Assembly (NCBI GenBank): GCA_963787835.1
Contig: CAWBEI010000003.1
Coordinates: 224,001 to 288,000, forward strand
Direction of reading: 5' to 3'
Source of the DNA: Ignavibacteriota bacterium
Lineage (GTDB): Bacteria; Bacteroidota; Ignavibacteria; Palsa-1295
DNA: 64,000 nucleotides
Shown here: piece after piece, positions 47,806-56,864 of the stretch
How the letters are laid out: every line of letters starts with the position of its first letter
Numbering within the stretch: the first letter of the stretch is position 1
The notes under the pieces: model-generated
The model's input: the letters and a program-made list of their open reading frames with translations, nothing else
Told to the model about the DNA's origin: nothing
The model's database searches: none
Translations under genes and position numbers: made by a program

Positions 47806-48120
47806 ATGACCCCATTTACGCAGAATTACGACACAACCATCCGCGACCTTGAAGGAAAACTTGAGACCTTGATCGATTCCGGCATTGAGTTCGATTTTTC
47901 CCGCTCCGGCGATGTGCTTACCATCGAGTTCGATAGCGGAGAGAAGATCATCATTACCCCACAAGCGCCAACAGAGCAATTATGGATCTCCGCAAATTAT
48001 GCAGGCCATCGGTTCAATTGGAATGACGGAAATTGGGTGAATGAGAAAGGCGGTCAGGAACTAATTCCATTCTTGTCTCAAGCTTTATCCTCTCAGCTTG
48101 GAATGCAAATTGAAATTTAA
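47806..48120 (+). CDS. cyaY: Iron donor protein CyaY (frataxin)
   Basis: 'GDVLTIEF..G.KIII..Q.P..QLWIS...G.RF'. Confidence 0.88.
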   Translation: MTPFTQNYDTTIRDLEGKLETLIDSGIEFDFSRSGDVLTIEFDSGEKIIITPQAPTEQLWISANYAGHRFNWNDGNWVNEKGGQELIPFLSQALSSQLGMQIEI

Positions 48121-48132
48121 CGAACGGTTTCT

Positions 48133-48214
48133 TGTCATCCCCGCGAAAGCGGGGATCCAGATGTGCCCTTTCCCGTAACTCAAGCTATGGATTCCCGCTT
48201 TCGCGGGAATGACA
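48133..48214. repeat. Complete two-arm REP-like element, family B
   Basis: TGTCATCCCCGCGAAAGCGGGGATCCA ... TGGATTCCCGCTTTCGCGGGAATGACA. Confidence 0.9.
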
Positions 48215-48221
48215 TCTTAAC

Positions 48222-49007
48222 CTATGCGCGATGCACAACAGCCGCCGAACCCTGATTGGTTGGCAAAATAATCACTTCCGCAACCTGAACATGCGCGGGT
48301 CGGCTGGCGCACCAAACGATAGTATCAGCAATATCGGATGGCATAAGCGCTTCCAATCCTTTATAGACACTTTTCGCACGCTCTTTATCTCCGTGGAAAC
48401 GCACTTCGGAAAACTCCGTCTCCACTAATCCTGGATCAATCGTCGTAGCCCGAAGTGGTGTATCGAAAAGATCAAGTCGAAGCCCTTGGGTTAAAGCATT
48501 AACCGCAAACTTTGAGGCGCAATAAACATTCCCCTTGGGATACACTTCATGTCCCGCGATCGAGCCGATATTGATGATATGTCCGCGCCCACGGACGATC
48601 ATGCCTGGCACAATTTTGCGCGTCATGTAAAGCAAGCCTTTTACATTCGTATCGATCATTTCTTCCCAATCTTCGATGAGACCATCCTGAAACTTATCGA
48701 GTCCGCGTGAAAGACCAGCGTTGTTAAGAAGAATGTCAATATTTTTCCAATCTTCGGGTAGTGAATCAAGGCTTCGATCGACCGCTTTTCTATCCCGGAC
48801 ATCGAGCACAAAAGAGTAAACGTTTGCATGAAATTCGTCCTCGAGGAGAGATTTCAGTTCATTCAGGCGTTCGTCACGCCTTGCACAGATGAGAATTCTC
48901 GCGCCTTCGCGGGCAAAAGCTTCCGCCGAAGCGCGGCCAATACCACTGCTGGCGCCAGTAATGAGAACGGTTTGGTTAGTTAAGGAAATTGTGCCTTTAT
49001 TGCTCAT
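48222..49007 (-). CDS. SDR oxidoreductase, YdfG-like NADP-dependent 3-hydroxy acid dehydrogenase
   Basis: 'TGASSGIG', 'NNAG', 'YCASK', 'PGLVETEFSEVRFHGD'. Confidence 0.9.
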   Translation of the reverse strand: MSNKGTISLTNQTVLITGASSGIGRASAEAFAREGARILICARRDERLNELKSLLEDEFHANVYSFVLDVRDRKAVDRSLDSLPEDWKNIDILLNNAGLSRGLDKFQDGLIEDWEEMIDTNVKGLLYMTRKIVPGMIVRGRGHIINIGSIAGHEVYPKGNVYCASKFAVNALTQGLRLDLFDTPLRATTIDPGLVETEFSEVRFHGDKERAKSVYKGLEALMPSDIADTIVWCASRPAHVQVAEVIILPTNQGSAAVVHRA

Positions 49008-49065
49008 GTAAAAATGGGATTGCGATATGGCCTAAAGGCAGGCCAGGTAAGAAGATGAGTGACCG

Positions 49066-49139
49066 CTCCTGAGGTAGGACTTGAACCTACGACCCTCTGA
49101 TTAACAGTCAGATGCTCTAACCAACTGAGCTACTCAGGA
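49066..49139 (-). tRNA. tRNA-Asn(GUU)
   Basis: TCCTGAG/CTCAGGA acceptor stem, anticodon loop CTGTTAA, TTCAAGT T-loop. Confidence 0.97.
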
Positions 49140-49214
49140 ATGAAGTGCCGCAAAACGAGTACAATGGCCTGCGCGGTTCCGGCGAGAGCAGCTTATTTGC
49201 TGAATATAGATTAT

Positions 49215-50558
49215 TCAGAGCAAATATTTCTTACGTTTCCTCCACAATGTGGCGCTATCGATCTTGAGCACCCGCGCGGCTTCTTCGAGGCTCGATGTTT
49301 TGCCAATAACCTGCGCAATGTAATCCCGCTCCACTTCCTCGAGCGAGTGTAGTGCAGAGGTGCCATCCGTCATGGTCGGTAATCTATTCTCGAATGTATT
49401 CCGGCTAATTCCGATATACTCTGGCAGATCCTGCAACTCGATCGTTCGCCGTTCTCCGGCAAGGACGGTAGCACGAAGCATGGTATTTTCCAATTCGCGG
49501 ACGTTGCCGCGCCAATCGTATTCAAGAAGGGCTGATTTAACTTCCTCTGAAAGCTCCGGCATGTTAGTAGCTTTTGATGCGCTGGAGCTAAATCGCTCTG
49601 CAAGCGCGAGAATGTCTTCCTTGCGTAAACGAAGCGGTGGAATGAGCAGCCGTACACCGCTCAACCGGTAAAAAAGATCTTCACGGAATTCACCTCGTTG
49701 AATGGCATCTTCGAGATTGCGATTTGTAGCAGCAATGATACGCACATCTGCATATCTTGTTTGGTTTTCTCCGACGCGCTGAAATTCACGGCTCTGCAAA
49801 AAACGCAGAAGTTTGGCCTGAATTGGCGGTGGCATTTCGCCGATCTCATCGAGAAAAAGAGTTCCACCATCGGCAGCTTCGACACGACCGGCGCGGTCTT
49901 TCATCGCTCCGGTAAACGCGCCTTTTACGTGACCGAATAATTCGGATTCAACAAGTTCTGCCGACAAGGCCGCGCAATTAAGCTTTACGATTGGCTTCGC
50001 TGCACGGTCGCTTTTCTTATGAATGAAATCCGCGACTAATTCTTTGCCGGTTCCCGTCTCACCCTCGATAAGAATTGTAAGCTGCGAATTTGCAACTCGC
50101 TCTGCCATGCGAAGCACTCCAAGATAGGTTAGATTCTGCGTGATTATTTCATTTGACGCACGAGATGCTGCCTGAAGCGCATGTGATCTCATCACGCGTT
50201 CGACAAATTCCGTCAGCTCGCGCAGTTCAAACGGCTTTTGGAGGTAATCGTATGCGCCAAGCTTCATCGCTGATACCGCAGTCTCCACGGTACCATGCGC
50301 GGTAATGATAACAATAGTTATATCCGGCATCCGGCGATGCAGTTCCTGCATGAGTGTGATGCCGTTCATCGGAAACATCATCAGATCGAGAAAGGCAACA
50401 TCATAGGAAATAGCTCCGAGGAGGTCTTTATCTATTTCGCGAAGCGCAGCTTCGGCCTCCTCGAATGCAGTTACATCATAGCCGAGCGCCTTCAGGCCGA
50501 TCGTCATCGTTTTTACGATGTGCGGCTCGTCATCGACGATGAGAATCTTTCCTTTCAT
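49215..50558 (-). CDS. Sigma-54-dependent response regulator (NtrC family, AlgB-like)
   Basis: REC domain, 'GETGTGKE', 'GAFTGA', 'FLDEIG', HTH '[13 protein letters not shown]'. Confidence 0.93.
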   Translation of the reverse strand: MKGKILIVDDEPHIVKTMTIGLKALGYDVTAFEEAEAALREIDKDLLGAISYDVAFLDLMMFPMNGITLMQELHRRMPDITIVIITAHGTVETAVSAMKLGAYDYLQKPFELRELTEFVERVMRSHALQAASRASNEIITQNLTYLGVLRMAERVANSQLTILIEGETGTGKELVADFIHKKSDRAAKPIVKLNCAALSAELVESELFGHVKGAFTGAMKDRAGRVEAADGGTLFLDEIGEMPPPIQAKLLRFLQSREFQRVGENQTRYADVRIIAATNRNLEDAIQRGEFREDLFYRLSGVRLLIPPLRLRKEDILALAERFSSSASKATNMPELSEEVKSALLEYDWRGNVRELENTMLRATVLAGERRTIELQDLPEYIGISRNTFENRLPTMTDGTSALHSLEEVERDYIAQVIGKTSSLEEAARVLKIDSATLWRKRKKYLL

Positions 50559-52498
50559 GAGACGGTCTCTCCTTCTGGAACTCGGTCAACATGGAATGTG
50601 ACCTTGAACGTGCTGCCTTTTCCTACTTCGCTTTCCAGTTCTACGCGGCCACCATATTTTGCGGCGATCTCTCGCACAATTGCAAGCCCTAAACCAACGG
50701 AACCAGGCGTACTCATGTCAGGATGTTTAATTTGAACAAACTTCTCGAAAATCCTTTCCTGATCTTCTCGTGCAATGCCAACGCCAGTATCATGAACGGA
50801 AAGTCTAAGTTCGTGTAGGGATTCATTCCAAGTGGACGAAATCCTCACCTCCCCTCCCCTTGGAGTATATTTCAGTGCGTTCGAAAGCAGGTTGGAAAGC
50901 ACACTTGCAACATGCTCTTGAGACATTCGAAAATGCCCTTCCACTAATTGGGTTGAAGTAAGCCTCACTCCCCGTTCTAAATAAAGTGGACGCATAGAAC
51001 GTACTAATGCTTCGATAGTTTCGCTAACATCGGTTTCTTCTTCAGGAGCTTCGGTAACGTCGGGAGCATTTTCCAGTCGAGAAAGTGTAAGAAGATCTCG
51101 AATGAGCTTCGCCAGCCTTCGTGCATCCGCTTTCGAAGTATCGATCACTTCATGCTGCTCGCGATTAAGCACCCCAACTAATTCATCGCCCAGAATATCG
51201 AGCGACATGGTCATCGAAGTCAGTGGCGTGCGAAATTCATGCGAAACTTTTGCAATAAAGTCAGACTTCATCTGATCGAGTTCCCTGAAATGTGTTATGT
51301 CCGTAAAGAGAACTAATACTCCTGCCACGGGAGTAGCTTTGTTCTTGGAAATTTCTTCCACTGGCTCATTTGCAAGAATCCGGGCCACTCGAATTCGATA
51401 ATGCCGCATTCGCCCGCGGAGCGGGAGAGAGACGATGGGAAGTGCCGCAAGGCCATCAATTCCATCGCCAGCGGGATTCGTACCAGTTAACTGACGCGCA
51501 GCGAGTTCCACTGCTCGCTCGATATCCTTCCGTACCCGTGCATCTCTAAAAAGCTGCGATAGTGATCGCCCAAGGGCTCCAATTGGCCCAACAGATATTA
51601 ATTCCTCAGCTGCTCGATTTAGGTGAAGCAATCGCCCGTTTGCATCAAAAAGCAATAACGGGTCGTCAATGGATTCAATGATCGCCTCCGATTTCTGCTT
51701 TTCTCGAACGATCTCATTAATGTTCATCGCTTCGAACTCGCCAAGGCGCTCCGTCAACCGATTGAATTCAAAACCCAAGTCTGCAATTTCATCCGCACCA
51801 TGAATGGGAATGCGTGTATCGAGGTGTCCACCACGCAGTTCTTTCACACTATTTGTAAGTTCCCGAAGCGGCTGGATCGCCCGGCGGGATACGATAAAGC
51901 TCCCAACCAAGCCAGCTCCAAGCGCAAACACCGCAACAAGGATCACCCCAACCGTCGATCGTTTGGCACGATCTTTGGCCTGGATTTTAGCATTTTGGAA
52001 CGCATTAAAGTTCAACTCCTGCAATGCAAGGTTTCGCTCTCGGAGTGTATCGATCTCACGTTCGAGCGTATCTTCGTAGAAATGGCGAGCCTGAGCGGGC
52101 TTATGCAAAGCAAGCCCGTAAAAGAAATCGAGATGGGAATGATAATGATCCCATTGCGCCTCGATATCATTCAGCAGAACGGAAGAAGAATCCTGCGGAG
52201 TGCTTACTCGCCAGGCACTCTGCAAAGCAAAATAAAAATGTGCTGGTTGTTCGACGAGCGCAGGGCCAGCATTAATGGTGTCTCCCGCAAGCATTCGTAG
52301 TTCCGCCTCATCGATGCGAACGAGGCTTTCGTACATGCTGGTGTTGGCAAGACTTTGCTCGGCACTTCGCTCCAGGGCTTCGCTAGTTACATCCGCAAGT
52401 GAGGCAAGCGAAAATATGGCATACGCTCCCAATCCGACCATCAGCAGAAGGATCAGCAGGAAGCCAACGAAGACCTTAGCCCGAAGTGTTGAGAACAT
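50555..52498 (-). CDS. Sensor histidine kinase (TM-helical sensor-HAMP-PAS-HisKA-HATPase; KinB-like)
   Basis: Two TM helices, HAMP, PAS, 'SHEFRTPLTS', 'NLLSNALKY', 'GLGL'. Confidence 0.93.
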   Translation of the reverse strand: MFSTLRAKVFVGFLLILLLMVGLGAYAIFSLASLADVTSEALERSAEQSLANTSMYESLVRIDEAELRMLAGDTINAGPALVEQPAHFYFALQSAWRVSTPQDSSSVLLNDIEAQWDHYHSHLDFFYGLALHKPAQARHFYEDTLEREIDTLRERNLALQELNFNAFQNAKIQAKDRAKRSTVGVILVAVFALGAGLVGSFIVSRRAIQPLRELTNSVKELRGGHLDTRIPIHGADEIADLGFEFNRLTERLGEFEAMNINEIVREKQKSEAIIESIDDPLLLFDANGRLLHLNRAAEELISVGPIGALGRSLSQLFRDARVRKDIERAVELAARQLTGTNPAGDGIDGLAALPIVSLPLRGRMRHYRIRVARILANEPVEEISKNKATPVAGVLVLFTDITHFRELDQMKSDFIAKVSHEFRTPLTSMTMSLDILGDELVGVLNREQHEVIDTSKADARRLAKLIRDLLTLSRLENAPDVTEAPEEETDVSETIEALVRSMRPLYLERGVRLTSTQLVEGHFRMSQEHVASVLSNLLSNALKYTPRGGEVRISSTWNESLHELRLSVHDTGVGIAREDQERIFEKFVQIKHPDMSTPGSVGLGLAIVREIAAKYGGRVELESEVGKGSTFKVTFHVDRVPEGETVS

Positions 52499-52550
52499 CT
52501 ATAATACACAACCGCATAGGATCGGGAATATATTCCCGATCCTATTTTGG

Positions 52551-54836
52551 CTATACCATCACTTCCTCACCAAGGGCGGCTGGTAGTGCTGAGGAATAGA
52601 TCGAATACAGTTCTTCAACACTTTCATCGATCATGTCGCCAATAACGAGCCGGCTGCCTTTTATTTCACCGATAAGGGTTGCCTTAACCCCATGAATATT
52701 GCAAATTCCCAAAATAGCATTTTCATTAGCAGGATCGACTGAAAGAATCACCTGTCCCTGTTGCTCACCAAACAATAAGGCATCAATGCGCGAATTTCCA
52801 CCAATATTCTTGACAATAGCTCCCATTGGCTTCTCTGTGCCTTGCGCGAAGCAGCATTCTGCAAGCGCAACGGCTAAACCTCCCTCGCTTACATCGTGCG
52901 CAGAATTCAGAAGACGCTTGTCGGCAAGTTCAATAAGCGCTTGGATAAGTGCTGCCTGCTTCGAAAGATCACATGATGGAGCCTGCCCTGTCACAAAACC
53001 GGTTCGCTGATATAAATATTCGCTCCCACCCAATCCATCCGAATCATCATCAACCGACAGAAGAATGATCACATCCCCCTCATTCTTAAAATCGCTTGAA
53101 ACTACTTTCGTTATATCCTCTATCAGACCGATCATCCCAATGGTTGGCGTTGGATAGATCGCACCATCCGGACTCTCATTGTAAAAGCTGACATTTCCGC
53201 CGGTCACTGGCGTACCGAATGCCTTGCAAGCATCCCCCATCCCGCGTACCGCTTCTTTGAATTGCCAATATACTTCCGGGTCGTAGGGGTTCCCGAAGTT
53301 CAAACAATTCGTCACGCCAATGGGCGTTGCGCCGGTGCACGCGATGTTTCGTGCCGCTTCCGCAACAGCGATCGTTCCCCCACGATAGGGATCAAGATAC
53401 ACATATCGGGAATTACAATCTGTTTTCATTGCAAGGCCCTTCGTGGTCCCTTTGACTCGCACAACTGCGGCATCGCTGCCTGTCAAATAAAGCGAATTCG
53501 TGCGCACCATCGAATCATATTGCTCATACACCCAACGCTTCGATGCAATGGTTGGCGTGGCAAGCAACGTTCGAAGCATCGCACCGGCATCTTCAACATC
53601 TGGCAACTTCAAGACATCATACGCGCTTGTTTCAGTAAGATAGTTCGGTTTTGAAGTCTCACGGTAATAGACCGGCGTCATGTCCCCACCGAGAGCCAAG
53701 GCTTTGGCTGGAATATCGGCTACACGCTCGCCGTGATAGTCAATCACCACTCGGCCAGTATCCGTAACTTCACCGATAATTTCTGCTTGCAGATCCCATT
53801 TCGTAAAAATCGACTGAATCGCCACGACATCTTTCGGCTTCACAACCACCAACATTCGCTCCTGCGATTCCGATAGCATGATCTCGAACGCCGTCATACT
53901 TTCCTCACGTAATGGCACGCGGGTCAAGTCGATCTTCATTCCGGTTCCCGCTTTGGCAGCCATCTCGGCAGTGCAGCAACTAATGCCAGCAGCGCCCATA
54001 TCCTGCATGCCCACGACAACTCCAGCCGCAATAGCCTCAAGCGTAGCCTCCAGCAATAATTTTTCTGCGAACGGGTCGCCAACCTGCACCGTCGGCCTCA
54101 GTGATTCTGCCGCCTCACTAAAGACTGCACTGGCAAGCAAACTCGCACCATGAATTCCATCGCGGCCTGTGCGGGAACCCACGATCATCACGATATTCCC
54201 TACGCCCTCCGCTGTTGCACTGACCGTCTTACCATGCTCGACGATACCTACCGCCATCGCATTCACTAATGGATTGCCCTGATAACATTTATCAAAATAC
54301 ACTTCTCCGCCGACCGTTGGTACTCCGAACGAGTTCCCGTAATCCCCGATCCCTCGAACCACCCCGCGAACTAAGAATTTCGTTCTCTCAATATCTCCGC
54401 CACTCGCTTCAGACAGCTCACCAAACCTCAACGAATTCAATGCCGCAATAGGCCGGGCGCCCATCGTAAAAATATCGCGAAGAATACCACCAACCCCTGT
54501 CGCCGCTCCCTCATACGGTTCCACGGCGGAGGGATGATTATGCGACTCGATCTTGAACGCTACCGCCAGACCATCCCCAATATCGACAAGCCCAGCGTTC
54601 TCCTCGCCCGCATCCACCAGCAACCGTCCGCCGGAGCGCGGCAACGTCTTCAAAACTGCGATGCTATTCTTATACGAACAGTGCTCGCTCCACATCACCG
54701 AAAAAACACCAAGTTCGGTATAACTCGGGATGCGCCCGCCGAGGATGGAAACGATCTGATCGAATTCTTCAGAAAGGAGGCCTAATTGGATGGCTATTTC
54801 GCGGGCTTCGTCGAGATTGGTAATGGTATTTTGCAT
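52551..54836 (-). CDS. purL: Phosphoribosylformylglycinamidine synthase subunit PurL (small form)
   Basis: 'MWSEHCSYK', 'KIESHNHPS', 'QDMGAAG', 'LSESQERM'. Confidence 0.98.
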   Translation of the reverse strand: MQNTITNLDEAREIAIQLGLLSEEFDQIVSILGGRIPSYTELGVFSVMWSEHCSYKNSIAVLKTLPRSGGRLLVDAGEENAGLVDIGDGLAVAFKIESHNHPSAVEPYEGAATGVGGILRDIFTMGARPIAALNSLRFGELSEASGGDIERTKFLVRGVVRGIGDYGNSFGVPTVGGEVYFDKCYQGNPLVNAMAVGIVEHGKTVSATAEGVGNIVMIVGSRTGRDGIHGASLLASAVFSEAAESLRPTVQVGDPFAEKLLLEATLEAIAAGVVVGMQDMGAAGISCCTAEMAAKAGTGMKIDLTRVPLREESMTAFEIMLSESQERMLVVVKPKDVVAIQSIFTKWDLQAEIIGEVTDTGRVVIDYHGERVADIPAKALALGGDMTPVYYRETSKPNYLTETSAYDVLKLPDVEDAGAMLRTLLATPTIASKRWVYEQYDSMVRTNSLYLTGSDAAVVRVKGTTKGLAMKTDCNSRYVYLDPYRGGTIAVAEAARNIACTGATPIGVTNCLNFGNPYDPEVYWQFKEAVRGMGDACKAFGTPVTGGNVSFYNESPDGAIYPTPTIGMIGLIEDITKVVSSDFKNEGDVIILLSVDDDSDGLGGSEYLYQRTGFVTGQAPSCDLSKQAALIQALIELADKRLLNSAHDVSEGGLAVALAECCFAQGTEKPMGAIVKNIGGNSRIDALLFGEQQGQVILSVDPANENAILGICNIHGVKATLIGEIKGSRLVIGDMIDESVEELYSIYSSALPAALGEEVMV

Positions 54837-54898
54837 GATGTGAGACTATAAACAAATTACCGTTCCAAAAGTGACAGGCTGCCCAGCTGTCCTAAATA

Positions 54899-55285
54899 TT
54901 ACACGTACATTTTAATAATGATGAAGAGCTCAATGGCTAAAAAGACCACAGCAGTCCAAAAGCCTTCGTTGATCTTTTTGAGTGCGATATTGATGAACAT
55001 GGATTGGATTTCGACCAATGCTCTCACGCCGGTAACCATTACAATCGCTTGCGGAGAACCTATGAGGGCAGCGATCAATAGCCCTATGCCCATCGCCAGG
55101 TTCCTTGAGGAATATTCGTAGGAAGCAAATCGTGCTCCTTTTCCTTTGAGGTCCACACCTTCGATGCTATTCTCGAACGTGTGAGAAGGCTGGAAATAAC
55201 CCATAATTCCGTAGCCGATATTCGCTAAGGCAAACAGCCCGGCAAGAATCCTCACATACATGGGTATCGCATTCATTTCGATCAT
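54899..55285 (-). CDS. Small 4-TM membrane protein (DUF4267-like)
   Basis: Hydrophobic helices, 'SRNLAMG'. Confidence 0.6.
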   Translation of the reverse strand: MIEMNAIPMYVRILAGLFALANIGYGIMGYFQPSHTFENSIEGVDLKGKGARFASYEYSSRNLAMGIGLLIAALIGSPQAIVMVTGVRALVEIQSMFINIALKKINEGFWTAVVFLAIELFIIIKMYV

Positions 55286-55377
55286 ACTGTTTATTGTTTT
55301 CTATAGTTAAAGAATCCATCTTAGGATTTTCATACTCATAGTAGGCCGGATCGATAATTTTAGTTCTTGATAGCTTG

Positions 55378-56862
55378 TTATGCTTTTATAAAATCTACCC
55401 TCGCCTTTTTAGCATTTAGCGCTTTCTGCACTAGAGCGAAATACGGCACCGCAGCAGCAGTATATCTCGCAAACTCCCGCTCTCGTGCTTCGGGAGTAAA
55501 TTCTTCTTCTACAAAGGCGGTGGAGAGATGACCGTGCTTGAAGCGCGGGTTCCGCATGGCAAAGAGTCCGAATGGGATCGTTGTGGAGATGCCGGTCACG
55601 CGCATTTCTTCAAGCGCGCGCGTCATGCGGCGAATGGCGGTATCGCGGTCTCTATCCCAAACGATGAGCTTCGAGAGCAGTGAGTCGTAAAAGCCGGAGA
55701 CTTCCAATCCGGCAAACATGGCGCTATCGTTCCGTACGAATGCACCGCCAGGATGGCGCACGAACTGAATTCGTCCGAGGCTCGGAAGAAAATCATTCCA
55801 CACATCCTCGGATTGAATGCGTACTTCGATGGAGTGTCCGTGGGCAACCACCCCCCAGCCCCCTCCTACTCCGCTTCGCTGCGTAGGAGGGGTAGTAAGC
55901 TTTTCTCCTTCGGCAATGCGGAATTGCTCGCGCACCAAGTCGAGTCCCGTTACAAATTCCGTTACGGGATGCTCCACTTGCAGGCGGGTGTTCACTTCGA
56001 GAAAATAGAATTTTAATTCCTGACTGACAAGAAACTCCACGGTGGCGGCGCCTTCATATTTTGCCTGCTTTATCAGCGTGACGGCGGCATCGCCCATTTC
56101 TCGCCTGAGTTCAGGAGTCAGCACTACCGATGGCGACTCCTCGATCAGCTTCTGGTGTCGCCGCTGAATAGAGCACTCGCGCTCGCCGAGATGGATAACA
56201 TTCCTATGCGAATCTGCAAGGATCTGGAACTCGATATGTCGCGGCTTAATGATATATTTTTCGAGATACACGCGGTCATCACCAAAGGCGCTCTTTGCTT
56301 CATGCCGCGCGCGTTCGAGATTCTGCAACAGATCGGATTCGCGGTCCACGAGCCGCATTCCCCGGCCACCGCCGCCCGCTGCGGCCTTTAGCAGAACAGG
56401 ATAACCAATACCGCGTGCGGATTCCAGTGCCTCCTTGTCGGCTTTGATCTCCTGCGTGGTTCCATCGGGCGTTGGAATGCCAAGCTTTCGCGCAAGTGCT
56501 CGCGCCTTCGTTTTATCGCCGAGTAATTCAATGGCTTCGGGCGCAGGACCGATGAATTTCATTCCCGCCTCTGTAACGGCGGCACTGAATGCCGCATTCT
56601 CGCTTAGAAATCCATAGCCAGGATGAATAGCGCTCGCCCCGGCCTTCTTTGCAGCATGAAGGATCTGCTCGATGTCGAGATACGATTCCTTCGGCGTATT
56701 TCCCGCGAGCGGGTACGCAATATCAGCCTCGCGGACGAACAGCGCAGATGCGTCAAGCGGTGAATGTGCCACGCTCGTTTTGTATCCACATTCTTTTGCG
56801 GAACGAATCACTCGCCGCGCGATCTCGGCACGATTTGCAATAAAAATATTCTTGAAACTCAC
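55378..56862 (-). CDS. accC: Biotin carboxylase (acetyl/propionyl-CoA carboxylase subunit)
   Basis: 'IANR.EIA', 'HPGYGFLSEN', 'GGGGRGMR', 'ERECSIQRRHQK', 'EVNTRLQVEHPVTE'. Confidence 0.93.
   Translation of the reverse strand: MSFKNIFIANRAEIARRVIRSAKECGYKTSVAHSPLDASALFVREADIAYPLAGNTPKESYLDIEQILHAAKKAGASAIHPGYGFLSENAAFSAAVTEAGMKFIGPAPEAIELLGDKTKARALARKLGIPTPDGTTQEIKADKEALESARGIGYPVLLKAAAGGGGRGMRLVDRESDLLQNLERARHEAKSAFGDDRVYLEKYIIKPRHIEFQILADSHRNVIHLGERECSIQRRHQKLIEESPSVVLTPELRREMGDAAVTLIKQAKYEGAATVEFLVSQELKFYFLEVNTRLQVEHPVTEFVTGLDLVREQFRIAEGEKLTTPPTQRSGVGGGWGVVAHGHSIEVRIQSEDVWNDFLPSLGRIQFVRHPGGAFVRNDSAMFAGLEVSGFYDSLLSKLIVWDRDRDTAIRRMTRALEEMRVTGISTTIPFGLFAMRNPRFKHGHLSTAFVEEEFTPEAREREFARYTAAAVPYFALVQKALNAKKARVDFIKA
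55847..55896. repeat. REP-like C-rich hairpin inserted in frame in accC
   Basis: CCCCCCAGCCCCCTCCTAC-tccgcttcgctgc-GTAGGAGGGG; encodes TPPTQRSGVGGGWGV. Confidence 0.75.
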
Positions 56863-56864
56863 GA

